IMG/VR virus record: IMGVR_UViG_3300036802_000003
Location: 64,001 to 128,000 of that record
Length of the DNA stretch: 64,000 nt
DNA from: a virus
Taxonomy: Duplodnaviria > Caudoviricetes
Reading direction: 5' to 3' (one strand)
Shown here: one piece after another, positions 1-10,082 of the stretch
How the letters are laid out: each line of letters opens with the position of its first letter
Position numbering within the stretch: the stretch's first letter is position 1
Program-made: the position numbers and the translations under genes
Notes under the pieces: model-generated
What the model was told of the DNA's origin: nothing
Databases searched by the model: none
The model's input: the letters and a program-made list of their open reading frames with translations, nothing else

Positions 1-2
1 TA

Positions 3-182
3 GAGGTCAGAACAGGAACTACAGTATTCCTAGTAGATGTAGAACACTTCCATAGAATAACAGAAGCAGATATAGAATCTATAGAAGGTCGTAGAGGGAC
101 TTTGGTTCTAAGTAGTAACCTCTACATAAGCCTTAGGAAGGAGGCTACACATGTCGGCAGACTTAGAGGAACTGAAGCGTAA
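3..182 (+). CDS. hypothetical protein, 3' fragment (5' end outside window)
   Basis: Open frame from the window edge to TAA at 180-182, overlapping the next gene. Confidence 0.5.
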   Translation, partial: EVRTGTTVFLVDVEHFHRITEADIESIEGRRGTLVLSSNLYISLRKEATHVGRLRGTEA

Positions 183-375
183 GGCACTCCTAGCACGAAA
201 CAGTAAGAAACAACCTAAAGGAGCTTCAGCCCTTACACAAGAGGATATGATGCTGGTACTTCATCCAGATGAGGCACAACTGATACTAGATTTCATGTAT
301 GGAGCTATCCAGTGTAAAGAACTAAAGGCTGACCACAAGTTAGCTCTTAATATAATTGACCATATGGAGGGGTAG
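151..375 (+). CDS. hypothetical phage protein
   Basis: ORF with AAGGAGG RBS. Confidence 0.75.
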   Translation: MSADLEELKRKALLARNSKKQPKGASALTQEDMMLVLHPDEAQLILDFMYGAIQCKELKADHKLALNIIDHMEG

Positions 376-378
376 ATA

Positions 379-690
379 ATGATGACAAATGGTGAAGTAA
401 GGGATGAAGCAGTAAAGGTATTGGAAGAGTGGGCACAAGAGAAGCCAGAAATGTTTGTATCTGGTGGAGAGCCTAGTTTCTGTTGGGAGATGAGACATTC
501 AGCTATCAGAAAGGTGCTAGAGGATAATAACCTTACTGAGTACATGGATGACATTGAACAGATTGATGGTTTCTTACACTATAGTCATCTAGCAACAGCA
601 AGAAAGTATGTAGAAGAGTACCTAGAAGAGGAACATGGTAAGTTTAGTAAGGTGGCTGAAGTAGGTCACAGACAATCAGACTTTATGTAG
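379..690 (+). CDS. hypothetical phage protein
   Basis: ORF, GGAGG RBS, tight packing. Confidence 0.75.
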   Translation: MMTNGEVRDEAVKVLEEWAQEKPEMFVSGGEPSFCWEMRHSAIRKVLEDNNLTEYMDDIEQIDGFLHYSHLATARKYVEEYLEEEHGKFSKVAEVGHRQSDFM

Positions 691-730
691 AAGGACATGA
701 AAAACTATTACACAAGTAAGGAGAAAGCAA

Positions 731-1027
731 ATGAAGACCGAAATAGCAAATAAGATTACGGAAGCACCAGAGGGGGTAAAGGAAGAGAGCCAAGCGGTAG
801 AGAGGGTTATGAACCGCTTGCCTTTACACCAAGCACCTCATGATAAGATGTTCCCTAAAGTTAATGGTTTACGTACCTTTAATGGAGAAGCATGGATTGA
901 CTTTGATATAGAGAGGTACGAACGATTAATACCTCTCACTAATAAGAGTCGGATTAAAAGGCGTATGCAGAAGGACATGGTCTTCATGAAGAAATACCGA
1001 GAAGACAGACTAAGGAGACAACTTTGA
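731..1027 (+). CDS. hypothetical phage protein
   Basis: ORF, AAGGAG RBS. Confidence 0.7.
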   Translation: MKTEIANKITEAPEGVKEESQAVERVMNRLPLHQAPHDKMFPKVNGLRTFNGEAWIDFDIERYERLIPLTNKSRIKRRMQKDMVFMKKYREDRLRRQL

Positions 1028-1064
1028 TGTTGTCTCCTTTTTTATTTACTGTAAGAGAATTGAT

Positions 1065-1093
1065 TTGCTTTTCTCTCTGTTTCGTGTGAAAAT
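1065..1093 (+). promoter_or_regulatory. putative sigmaA-type promoter
   Basis: TTGCTT-17nt-GAAAAT, similar -10 region to the 3830 promoter. Confidence 0.45.
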
Positions 1094-1144
1094 TGACTCA
1101 TGGAAGTCAGAAGTACATTGAGTCTAAAAGGAGAGGTGTATAAA

Positions 1145-1816
1145 ATGGATAGCTTAACAGTTGGTGAATGGAGAATACTTTTGCTTAGCAAGTGTGTAGA
1201 GGAAGACGCTGATCTGTACATGTACACTGATGTGTTACGCAGAGAAGGTAAGAGAGCGATTCTATCAATCACTAAGGAAGATGCTAAGGTTCTGAATGAG
1301 TACCTTGCAGATGGGCAGGGTGAACACTTTAGAGAGCAACTTAGAAAAGAGTGGATATTCACTGGTAAGGTAAAAGACAACGGTAGAGGTAATAAAACAA
1401 CATGTGAATACTGCCAACATCAGCAGATTAGATATAGATACTTATGCAAGAATACTAAAACTGGCGTGTATCTGGAACTTGGTAGCGTGTGCGTAGGTTA
1501 CATCGTACATGGGGAAGCTAAGATGAAGGATAAAGAGTTTAGTAAGAATTTCGTAGAAGGCTTAGATAGTCTTAGAAAGAAACCTTATACTCCAGACCCA
1601 CAAGATGTGGAGCATAGACGTAATCATCAGATGGATGCTATCCGATATGCAGCAGGAATTATACATAGTGCTGGGCATGGGGAGAATAGTTTCTTCCAAA
1701 GCCTACAAAAGCAATGGAACGAGGGTAATGCTCTATCTGATAAGCAGTTTGATGCTTTAAAGAATATGGCAATCAGAATACGTGAGGCACGTAAACGTAA
1801 GGAGGTAGCACAATAA
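1145..1816 (+). CDS. Zn-ribbon-containing hypothetical protein
   Basis: AAAGGAGAGG RBS before ATG 1145; CEYC...GSVC motif. Confidence 0.75.
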   Translation: MDSLTVGEWRILLLSKCVEEDADLYMYTDVLRREGKRAILSITKEDAKVLNEYLADGQGEHFREQLRKEWIFTGKVKDNGRGNKTTCEYCQHQQIRYRYLCKNTKTGVYLELGSVCVGYIVHGEAKMKDKEFSKNFVEGLDSLRKKPYTPDPQDVEHRRNHQMDAIRYAAGIIHSAGHGENSFFQSLQKQWNEGNALSDKQFDALKNMAIRIREARKRKEVAQ

Positions 1817-2076
1817 TGCCTGAGATGTATGTGATGTTTAAGCCAGGCTCTGTAATGTTATGTGCAAAGGAGATAGATTTTAGAGGCACCATTATACCAG
1901 CAGGCACTACTGGGGTAGTAGAAACTGTTAGCTTAGATGCGAAAGAGGGCAGACACTATACAATCTACTTTAAGGTAGTCCTAATGGATGGTTGGAGAAA
2001 AGAAGAGGATGTACCCTATATCTTTACAGAAGAGCGAATTAAGGAACTGGGTATTAAGCTTATTCAAACGCCATGA
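1816..2076 (+). CDS. hypothetical protein, paralog of 2864-3232
   Basis: Shares GTxGxxxxV, YxIxF, TxExxxELGIK with 2864-3232. Confidence 0.75.
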   Translation: MPEMYVMFKPGSVMLCAKEIDFRGTIIPAGTTGVVETVSLDAKEGRHYTIYFKVVLMDGWRKEEDVPYIFTEERIKELGIKLIQTP

Positions 2077-2420
2077 GGGTCTTATGTACGGGTAGTAGAG
2101 ACTTCGAGAACGTTGATATGGTAATAGATGCTCTACTGGAACTCCCAGTAGACTCTGTTATCATACACGGTGGTGCTAGGGGATTAGATAAGATAGTTGA
2201 TACGGTTGCTAGATACTTGGGCTTTAAAGTAGAAGTATATAAGGCTGAATGGAAAGGTGATAAGCGGGAGGGCTTATACCGTAATAGCCAAATGTTACAC
2301 GAGGGTAAACCTGAATATGGTCTAGGCTTCAGAAGTAAGCTGAACAGTAAAGGGACTAACGACATGCTCATGAAGATGGGGCAGGCAGGGATACCACATA
2401 AAATTTATAACGATTTCTAG
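2073..2420 (+). CDS. SLOG-superfamily (YspA/DUF2493-like) protein
   Basis: MRVLCTGSRDF, IIHGGARGLD, RNxQML, SKGTxDM motifs. Confidence 0.8.
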   Translation: MRVLCTGSRDFENVDMVIDALLELPVDSVIIHGGARGLDKIVDTVARYLGFKVEVYKAEWKGDKREGLYRNSQMLHEGKPEYGLGFRSKLNSKGTNDMLMKMGQAGIPHKIYNDF

Positions 2421-2432
2421 GGGGATATACCA

Positions 2433-2864
2433 ATGGGACTAGAGCATAGAAATGTATCTATAACTAATGAGGATTTAGACAAAGGAGAGAAGTTAATTAA
2501 GCTAACAACAGAGAAGGCATTCCAGAAGCTAATGGAAGGTAAGGAAATCTTTGCTAGATTCCAAACCGTTACCTATGAGCATATAAAAGGATGTAGGAGG
2601 TGTGATAAAGCAAGAAAGGGTAACTTCTGTAGTGAGTGCGGTTCCCAACTAACGGATAATCTACCTAGAGAAGTCATCAAGGATAAAAGATGGCTAGGTC
2701 TAGAGCTAAAGTGGAAAGAAGATAGTGAAGAGTTTAAGGAAGCTGAAAGAGAATTATGGGAATTCACTAACCATCCATTCTCTGGTGGACGCACATATAA
2801 GAAGTCTGGTGTGCAGTTAGGATACTTCACACAAATACAAGTTTGGTACTGGAGGGGTTATTAA
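2433..2864 (+). CDS. Zn-ribbon hypothetical protein
   Basis: CRRC...FCSECG. Confidence 0.75.
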   Translation: MGLEHRNVSITNEDLDKGEKLIKLTTEKAFQKLMEGKEIFARFQTVTYEHIKGCRRCDKARKGNFCSECGSQLTDNLPREVIKDKRWLGLELKWKEDSEEFKEAERELWEFTNHPFSGGRTYKKSGVQLGYFTQIQVWYWRGY

Positions 2865-3232
2865 TGAAGAATAGAGAAGGTAAAGAGATATTAGAGATTG
2901 GTAAGAGACCTTGGAATCTACAGATAACACCAGAGTTTAAGCCCGTATACACAATGAAGTGCATCATAATCTTGGGTACAGGAGTCACTGTTAGTAAGAG
3001 CCACTACCTAGATGACCAAGGTTCAGAGTTAAGGGAAGGTACTAAAGGGATAATTCAGGAAGTAAGGATAACAAAGGATAAGACAATGTACTCTATACTG
3101 TTTGAAGAAGTACACTGGATATTTGAAGATATGGGTGGAGCATATGGTAGTGTTGAAGCTAGCACCTTGTGGTACACTGTGGAGAAGATGGATGAGCTAG
3201 GTATTAAAGTAGATGGGAGAGATGTAAAGTGA
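2864..3232 (+). CDS. hypothetical protein, paralog of 1816-2076
   Basis: TAATG coupling with upstream gene; shared motifs. Confidence 0.75.
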   Translation: MKNREGKEILEIGKRPWNLQITPEFKPVYTMKCIIILGTGVTVSKSHYLDDQGSELREGTKGIIQEVRITKDKTMYSILFEEVHWIFEDMGGAYGSVEASTLWYTVEKMDELGIKVDGRDVK

Positions 3233-3840
3233 AGAGCACATTAGAAGAGGTAATAGGGGGTAAGCTTCAAAATAAGCCTAAACAGGCTGTACTAAAAGCT
3301 AATGGTGATCTGGAGATTATCCAGTATAATGACCAGATAGTGGAGTTCATTAACTGTCATGAGTGTAATTGTCAGCACCTTACTCATCAAGAGAGCTATC
3401 TAGAAATAATAGGTAACCTACATGTGGGGGGTGCCAATGGGGGTGGTCTTTTAGGTAATGGGGATTGGAAGAACATTGGTGTTCCTACTTATTACTTCTG
3501 TATAAATAATCATTGTCTGTCTGACTACATGCGTAGGGTAGAGCTGAAAGAGTTAACTGAACAAGGTCAGATACCAAACATACATCATAAGTCAAGGTTT
3601 TATGCTACTGTACCTTTGCCTATTTCAAGCACGGGTTATATAAAGAGTCATAACACCTTAGAGGTAGTAACTATTGATGAAAATGAGGTCAGAATTAGAA
3701 CTGATGTTTATATAGAGGGTGGAGGTAGAAAGCCTAGGGAGTTGACAATACAAGGGTTTATACTTCAAGGATGGTTAGAAGAAGGTAAACTAGAGGTACT
3801 TGAAGACACCGTAGTCCCTGACCCTACGGAACGTCCTTGA
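3229..3840 (+). CDS. hypothetical protein with Cys motifs
   Basis: ORF overlapping upstream stop; CHEC...FC. Confidence 0.7.
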   Translation: MKSTLEEVIGGKLQNKPKQAVLKANGDLEIIQYNDQIVEFINCHECNCQHLTHQESYLEIIGNLHVGGANGGGLLGNGDWKNIGVPTYYFCINNHCLSDYMRRVELKELTEQGQIPNIHHKSRFYATVPLPISSTGYIKSHNTLEVVTIDENEVRIRTDVYIEGGGRKPRELTIQGFILQGWLEEGKLEVLEDTVVPDPTERP

Positions 3841-3865
3841 TTTCTGTTTCCAGTCGTGAGAAAAT
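3830..3865 (+). promoter_or_regulatory. early promoter, AACGTCC-TTGA class
   Basis: AACGTCC TTGATT-17nt-GAAAAT. Confidence 0.7.
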
Positions 3866-3925
3866 GGTCTTGTGAGAGGGAGGGAAGCCTCCCCTACAGA
3901 CCAGAGCTAAAAGGAGAGGGTATTA

Positions 3926-5959
3926 GTGAGTAAATTTATTGATGGGTTAAACCCAAGCCAAGAGAAAGCAGTATTAGCAATAGATGGACGTGTTCAAATC
4001 AACGCAGTAGCAGGTTCAGGTAAGACTCGTGTTCTAACACACCGTACAGCACATATGGTTACTGACCTTAAAATCAAGCCTAAGAATATCATGTTAACAA
4101 CGTTTACTAAGAAGGCTAGTGAAGAGATGACTGAGCGTCTTAGCAAGTTGTTACCACAGATGAAGCTTATGCAGTTAACAATTGGTACTACACATTCCAT
4201 CGGTTACCGTATTCTGAAGAAGGAATATGAGGCTCTAGGTAATCCCCTATTCCAAGCGTTTAAGAAGAAGGATGGAGTACTAATGGGTGCATCTCAAAAG
4301 TACTTTGCTGAGAGTGTTATCAAGTCTATCATGATGGATAGAACTGTTGAGTTCAATATCAAAGAAGAGCTAAGAGATATGCCAGTTCCAGGGCTACTGA
4401 AGGTAGTAGGCTTAACTAAGAATGAAGGTAGAGACTACAAAGAGTTTGAGGAAGAGAATGCAGGTAAGGGTACTAGAATGGACTGCTATATTGAGTTCTT
4501 CAGACGCTATGAGCTTGCTAAAGCTAGTCAGAATAAGATTGATGGGGACGACATGCTTTACCTTACATGGAAGCTATTTAAAGAGCACCCAGAAATCCTT
4601 AAAAAGTACCAAGACATCTACAAATACATACTAGTGGATGAAGCACAAGATAGCAACTCATTACAATACGAACTAATGAGCATGCTGGCTTATCCAGAGA
4701 ATAACTTATTTATCGTAGGTGATGATGACCAGTCTATGTATGGTTTCCGTGGTGCAAGACCAGAACAGTTTATCGAATTTAGCTCTGCATTTGGTGGCGT
4801 ACAGTCTATTGCACTAGAGGATAACTACCGTAGTAACCCAGCAATCCTAGAGATTGCTAACAACCTTATCAAACATAATACTAAGCGTATTAAGAAGACG
4901 CTTAAAGCACATAAGCAAGATGATAGTGATTGCGTAGCATTATCTGTATTCAAGGATGAGACAGAGGAAGCTAAACAGGTAGTAGAGGATATCAAGATTC
5001 AGGTAGAGAAGAAAGGTAGAAACCACAAGGATATTGCAGTACTTTACCGTACTAATGCTCAATCTCGTGCTATTGAAGATGAGTTAATCATGGCAGGTCT
5101 ACCATACGTTATCCATGGAGGTATCTCTTTCTATGAACGTAAAGAGGTTAAAGACCTTGTATCCTACCTGCAATTAGCGGTTAACCCAGACAATAACCAA
5201 GCATTCAAACGTGTATACAATGTACCTAGTCGATACTTGGGTAAAGAGTTCTACGCTAAGGTAAGTGCTTTTGATGGATCACATTGGGAAGCTATTCTGT
5301 CTGGTAAGCTGAAGCTACAAAACTATCAAGTTAAAGGCTCTCTAGAGTTTGCAGGGGTTATTAAAGACCTACAAGAGATGTTGCAAGAGGGTGCAACTCC
5401 TACAGACTTAGTTAATCATCTGTTAGATAATGTTGGTTATAAGGACTACATCTTAGGTGAGGAAGAAGAGGAAGAGAGTAGCCGTATGGAGAATATTGCA
5501 ACTCTACAATATGTTCTAGACCGTTATGAGAACATTGAAGACTTCCTAGGCTACATCGAGTTAATGACTTCTCAAGCTAAACATAGTATTGATGGAGTTC
5601 AGTTAATGACTATCCATAAGAGTAAGGGTCTTGAGTTCCCTGTAGCATTCTGTGTGGGTGTATCTGAAGGAGTATTACCTCACTTTAGAGCAGTAGAGGC
5701 AGCAGAGAATGGTAAGCCTTTAGCGGTAGAGGAAGAGCGTAGATTACTATACGTTGGTATTACTAGAGCAGAGAGTGAAGTGTATGTATCTTGTCTACAA
5801 GGCTTCAATGGTAGACGTTGTAAGGTAAGTCGCTTTGCTAGAGAGTTAGGTATTGGTGCCTTCAATGCTAAGAAAATAAATGAAGAGTATCAAGGCAGAG
5901 TGCTAGACCCTATTCTTAGAGAACAGCAGGAGATTATGAGAGGTGCAGTGGGGGAGTAA
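3926..5959 (+). CDS. UvrD/PcrA/Rep family SF1 DNA helicase
   Basis: AVAGSGKT Walker A, LVDEAQD, VGDDDQSMYGFRGA, NYRS, MTIHKSKGLEF, EERRLLYVGITRA. Confidence 0.97.
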   Translation: MSKFIDGLNPSQEKAVLAIDGRVQINAVAGSGKTRVLTHRTAHMVTDLKIKPKNIMLTTFTKKASEEMTERLSKLLPQMKLMQLTIGTTHSIGYRILKKEYEALGNPLFQAFKKKDGVLMGASQKYFAESVIKSIMMDRTVEFNIKEELRDMPVPGLLKVVGLTKNEGRDYKEFEEENAGKGTRMDCYIEFFRRYELAKASQNKIDGDDMLYLTWKLFKEHPEILKKYQDIYKYILVDEAQDSNSLQYELMSMLAYPENNLFIVGDDDQSMYGFRGARPEQFIEFSSAFGGVQSIALEDNYRSNPAILEIANNLIKHNTKRIKKTLKAHKQDDSDCVALSVFKDETEEAKQVVEDIKIQVEKKGRNHKDIAVLYRTNAQSRAIEDELIMAGLPYVIHGGISFYERKEVKDLVSYLQLAVNPDNNQAFKRVYNVPSRYLGKEFYAKVSAFDGSHWEAILSGKLKLQNYQVKGSLEFAGVIKDLQEMLQEGATPTDLVNHLLDNVGYKDYILGEEEEEESSRMENIATLQYVLDRYENIEDFLGYIELMTSQAKHSIDGVQLMTIHKSKGLEFPVAFCVGVSEGVLPHFRAVEAAENGKPLAVEEERRLLYVGITRAESEVYVSCLQGFNGRRCKVSRFARELGIGAFNAKKINEEYQGRVLDPILREQQEIMRGAVGE

Positions 5960-6159
5960 TCCCCCTTCTTGCTTCTTTAGAAGAAGGGTATACATTAGTT
6001 AAATGTGGGAATTGTTACCACCCATACAGTACATCTCCAAAGTTTAGTGATACCCAGCCTGATGAAGTAGAGGATGGCTTGTGTCCTACCTGTGAGAAGT
6101 TAGAGAAAGAGCTAGATATAGTTTGGTAAACAGACAACCGAGAAAAAGGAGAGGTTCAG

Positions 6160-6915
6160 ATGAACACAACATATAAAGAGACTATCAAGAAGGTTAGTGA
6201 GTTGCTAAAGGAATCGAAAAAGACGGTGGTTCTGTCTGGTGCAGGGCTTTCGACTGAATGTGGTCTACAAGACTTTAGAAGCACTAATGGTCTGTACAGA
6301 GATAGCAATATTCAAGAGCTAGCAACAACTAGAGGGTTGTGGAATAACACGCATAAGTTTACCCAGTATTACAGGGAGCGTATTGGTCAAGTACTAGCTA
6401 ATGAGCCTGATGAGTCTTATATGTGTATTAATGACTGGGCTGAACAGGGCTTAGTCCACCATATTATCACTCAGAATGTAGATGGTTATCATGGACAGGT
6501 TAATACTGCTGATATTCCGATCCATATGTTACATGGGGACTTAGCTAATTGCTTCTGTGCTGAGTGTAAGAAAACTGTTGCTAGTTCCTATTATATGCAT
6601 AATATTAGATGTCCCCACTGTGGTAGTGGGTTGATGAGACCTAATGTTATCTTATTCAACGAGCAGTTATCCCAGAGAACTCTAGCATTATCATTATCTG
6701 CTGTACAGACTGCTGAACTAACTATTGTAATGGGTTCTTCCCTACAGGTAACCCCAGCAGCTATTCTACCTGCCTACACTAAGAAGAATGGTGGAAAGCT
6801 AGTAATCATTAACAATGAAGAGACGCCATTAGACCATATCGCTGATGTTATTATAAACTCTCCTCTGGGAGAAACAATAAGTGCAATCAATAAGGAACTA
6901 GGTACTTCAGCCTAG
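6160..6915 (+). CDS. Sir2/CobB family NAD-dependent deacylase
   Basis: GAGLSTECGLQDFR, TQNVDGYH, HG, two CxxC pairs, RPNVILFNE, GSSLQVTPA. Confidence 0.95.
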   Translation: MNTTYKETIKKVSELLKESKKTVVLSGAGLSTECGLQDFRSTNGLYRDSNIQELATTRGLWNNTHKFTQYYRERIGQVLANEPDESYMCINDWAEQGLVHHIITQNVDGYHGQVNTADIPIHMLHGDLANCFCAECKKTVASSYYMHNIRCPHCGSGLMRPNVILFNEQLSQRTLALSLSAVQTAELTIVMGSSLQVTPAAILPAYTKKNGGKLVIINNEETPLDHIADVIINSPLGETISAINKELGTSA

Positions 6916-6930
6916 TTCCTTTTCATTTGT

Positions 6931-6959
6931 TTGACTTCTCGTGGTGTTTCCTTCAAAAT
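6931..6959 (+). promoter_or_regulatory. putative sigmaA-type promoter
   Basis: TTGACT-17nt-CAAAAT. Confidence 0.55.
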
Positions 6960-7073
6960 GAAGTCATCGAGTTGAGTTGGTTGATTCACTCTACGGAGTA
7001 GCTAAGGATGGAGATTCCGTCCTTCGGGCAAACTAACTTCAAAAGATACCAAAGATAAAAGGAGCTGGTTATA

Positions 7074-7478
7074 ATGGCAGTAAAACAACGTAAGGTGACA
7101 AAAGCACTACAATCACAGGTGGATACTTATATAGTGGCATATGAAAAGATGAAAGAGCTTGAGAAGTTAACTAAGCAGTTACGTGAAAGTATTGAGTCTG
7201 AAATGGATGCACGTGGTATCTTTGCTATACCAGGTTCAGATAAAGGTGGTATTAAGATAGAATTCGGTGAGAGAGTTAGTACCTCTTCCCAGTACACAAC
7301 ATACTGCACCTCTCTACTTAGAAGTATCCCATTAAATCTAGCTAAGCAGTGTGAGACTTTGGTGGTGGATAAGAATGAGGTAGAAGACCTTATCAAGCGT
7401 GGGCACTTATCTAAGAGCCTATGTGAAGAGCACAAGATTAAGAACCCTAGCAGAACATTCAAAACTAGCATTAAATAA
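7074..7478 (+). CDS. hypothetical protein with N-terminal coiled coil
   Basis: AAAAGGAG RBS. Confidence 0.8.
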   Translation: MAVKQRKVTKALQSQVDTYIVAYEKMKELEKLTKQLRESIESEMDARGIFAIPGSDKGGIKIEFGERVSTSSQYTTYCTSLLRSIPLNLAKQCETLVVDKNEVEDLIKRGHLSKSLCEEHKIKNPSRTFKTSIK

Positions 7479-7500
7479 AACTACTAGGAGGTGGGTGTCT

Positions 7501-7881
7501 ATGGGTCTCTTTGGAGACATTTTTAGACGGTTGGGTGGGAAAGCTTATGAGCGAGATTTGCGTAAGCAGTACGATCATCGTAGGCGCAAGTGGACGGAAT
7601 ATGGGTACTGGAAAAACATCGGTACCCCTATCCATGATAACTGGGAATGGGTTGACCTTAAACCTGGAGAATATAAAGCCCCTAAGTGGCTTAACGTTAT
7701 AGAGATGCCTGAAGGTCATTACCTTATAAAGCTAACTGATGAAGCACTTCCTGATACAGAAGAGGTTGTCAAATGTGGATGTATAAGGGACGTAGAAATT
7801 AGCGTAGGGCTATTGAAAAGTTATTATGAGTGTCTAGGTGAAGTAATAGTTGACGTTAATACCGAGAAGAGAACAATTTAA
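7501..7881 (+). CDS. hypothetical protein
   Basis: AGGAGG RBS before ATG 7501. Confidence 0.75.
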   Translation: MGLFGDIFRRLGGKAYERDLRKQYDHRRRKWTEYGYWKNIGTPIHDNWEWVDLKPGEYKAPKWLNVIEMPEGHYLIKLTDEALPDTEEVVKCGCIRDVEISVGLLKSYYECLGEVIVDVNTEKRTI

Positions 7882-7917
7882 CCGTCCTCGTTTTATTAAT
7901 CAAAGGAGAGTGTCCAT

Positions 7918-8148
7918 ATGACAAACGTGATTGAGTTTACAGCTAAGAGTAATCGTAAGGGAGTAACATCAGTTCCAATACAGGGTGACCTTTTTGACCA
8001 GATGTTATCTAAAGAGATTGCAAACGTATTAAAGGCTACAGGTCTTCCAACTGAGGAGTCAGCACTAAAGTTCGTTAGCGACTTCTATAGAAAGTATCCA
8101 GCATTAGTAGAGCTTGCTCGTAGCCAAGAAAATTTACTAAGGAGGTAA
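7918..8148 (+). CDS. hypothetical protein
   Basis: AAAGGAG RBS. Confidence 0.75.
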   Translation: MTNVIEFTAKSNRKGVTSVPIQGDLFDQMLSKEIANVLKATGLPTEESALKFVSDFYRKYPALVELARSQENLLRR

Positions 8149-8153
8149 CTATT

Positions 8154-8405
8154 ATGGCTGACCAAATGATTATGCACTTTCGTAGGATGAGAGATATACC
8201 TGTAAGAGGTCGCTTGATACTAGAGGTTGACTATGAAGCAGGTACAGCTAATATGGTTAAAGAAGGTATAGATGAGAATGGTTCGGATATAGGCTTCCAT
8301 GATGACTTACCTGATGAGTGTAAGTACTGTGGTAAAGAAGTAGATAATGCAGGTGGAGTTGCTTGTAACAACTGTTTAGATAAACGTAAAGATACGTTGG
8401 AGTAG
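8154..8405 (+). CDS. Zn-finger hypothetical protein
   Basis: CKYC...CNNC; AAGGAGG RBS. Confidence 0.75.
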   Translation: MADQMIMHFRRMRDIPVRGRLILEVDYEAGTANMVKEGIDENGSDIGFHDDLPDECKYCGKEVDNAGGVACNNCLDKRKDTLE

Positions 8406-8553
8406 GAGGAAATTATTATGGATAACAATACTATGGGTGGATTAGCTAGAGCACTACGTAACTATCATTACTATGAGAAATCAGGACGTAACCCTGTCCT
8501 GTCACCTTTCTCACTAATCCGTAGACTATTCGTTAGCTAATCCCCTAAAGGGG

Positions 8554-8754
8554 GTGAGACCTGTGGGGAAACGTAAGGACACTTTAATAGCCTTTCAGCT
8601 AGAGGTAAGTGAAGCTATGAGGAAGAATAAGCATGGCTATAAGACCTTGCTGAAGCGAGTACAGAACAAGGTGTTCCGTAATATTACTAGGTCAGAGCAT
8701 GAGAGTACGTTGGAGAGTTTAGTAGTCAGAAAGTGGAGCAGTAAGGATGTTTGA
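8554..8754 (+). CDS. small basic hypothetical protein
   Basis: ORF, start uncertain. Confidence 0.5.
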   Translation: MRPVGKRKDTLIAFQLEVSEAMRKNKHGYKTLLKRVQNKVFRNITRSEHESTLESLVVRKWSSKDV

Positions 8755-8831
8755 CAACTGGGGATGAGACACAATATTTGGTTCTAACATCAGGGGATAA
8801 CATAAGTCCAATATAAAAAGGAGTGTGTCCA

Positions 8832-9008
8832 ATGAAAGGGAGAAGAGAAGCTGTAGTTACGTTGAATGTGATTAAGTTAGATATTGATTACCAGTTACAA
8901 ACTTTATTCGATGCTATGAAGTCTAATGATGACCAAGCTAAACAACAAGCTAAGGCTAAGCTCTATACCCTTCGCAACCAGTTGAATAATCATAAATTGG
9001 GGGTATAG
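8832..9008 (+). CDS. small helical hypothetical protein
   Basis: AAAAGGAG RBS before ATG 8832. Confidence 0.7.
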   Translation: MKGRREAVVTLNVIKLDIDYQLQTLFDAMKSNDDQAKQQAKAKLYTLRNQLNNHKLGV

Positions 9009-9010
9009 TC

Positions 9011-9271
9011 ATGAAAGGAGTCATCAAGTATATTCCATGGGCAGTACGGATAGCATCACTACTAATGTTGTTTATATACTTGGGTAATGTTAAAGACATG
9101 ATAGATATCTACAACACTAGAGTAGGAGATGCACAGTCTGCTATGCAGGCTACTCAGTTGTCAAGTGAGTCTATTATGCAGATGATAAGACATGTAGCAG
9201 TAGTGGTAACTTTTGGTTTATTGTGGATAGCATTAGAAATTAATGTGTTGCGTAACCTAGAGAAGAAGTAG
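9011..9271 (+). CDS. membrane protein, 2 predicted TM helices
   Basis: Two hydrophobic segments. Confidence 0.75.
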   Translation: MKGVIKYIPWAVRIASLLMLFIYLGNVKDMIDIYNTRVGDAQSAMQATQLSSESIMQMIRHVAVVVTFGLLWIALEINVLRNLEKK

Positions 9272-9352
9272 ACTTTGTTACATGCTTACCCCTTAGGGGG
9301 TGAGTATTATAGAGGGTCTAAGGCTCTAAGTATTAAAGGGGGAGAGGATTAG

Positions 9353-9655
9353 ATGAAACTAGAAAATAGTAAGGAAGACTTAATTGTATGTATCCGTTCA
9401 GCAATGATAGAAGGGGCAGAATGGATGGCTCTACTAGTAGTAATGCCAGAGCACCCAGCACCACAACTTATTATTGACCCTAAGGAGAACTTTACTGCAA
9501 GACTTAGCTTTCTCCGTAATACATACAACGATGAATTAGAACATGCACATAATCCAGCAGTAAGAATCGTAGGATTCTCTAGTGGGTCTAATATCTCTAA
9601 GGTATCTAAGATTTACAAACTATATATGAAAAAACTACAAGAGGGAGAGAAATAA
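9353..9655 (+). CDS. hypothetical phage protein
   Basis: ORF with RBS. Confidence 0.75.
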   Translation: MKLENSKEDLIVCIRSAMIEGAEWMALLVVMPEHPAPQLIIDPKENFTARLSFLRNTYNDELEHAHNPAVRIVGFSSGSNISKVSKIYKLYMKKLQEGEK

Positions 9656-9656
9656 T

Positions 9657-10082
9657 ATGAAACTAATTATTGGTAAGGTAGCATCAGGTAAGAGCCAGAA
9701 GGTTATTGATATAGCTAAAGAGCATGCTTCTAATGGGGAAGAGACATTAATTGTAACAAGCCTAGGAGAGGAACTAGGTGAGCGCTTTGGAGCAGCTAAA
9801 CGTGAACTAGGGGATGAGCATAAGGGTAACTTTATGGTGACTTCTATCAAGCCTCACTCATCAGATAACCCAGACTTTGCAGTAATAAAAGGTATGATTC
9901 CTGTATTCGGTGCTACCCCTGATGTTATCATAGTGCATGCTGAGGTCTTCTCTAGGGACTTAGTATTAGCTATTATGAATCTAGAGTCTGTAATGAAAGC
10001 CAAGGTTTATATGGTGGTACAAGCCAATAGTGAGTTTGCACCTGGAGTACAAGTAGTAGACGTAGAAGAGGTGATTAACTGA
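9657..10082 (+). CDS. P-loop-like protein (degenerate kinase fold)
   Basis: N-terminal LIIGKVASGKS resembles a Walker A. Confidence 0.6.
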   Translation: MKLIIGKVASGKSQKVIDIAKEHASNGEETLIVTSLGEELGERFGAAKRELGDEHKGNFMVTSIKPHSSDNPDFAVIKGMIPVFGATPDVIIVHAEVFSRDLVLAIMNLESVMKAKVYMVVQANSEFAPGVQVVDVEEVIN

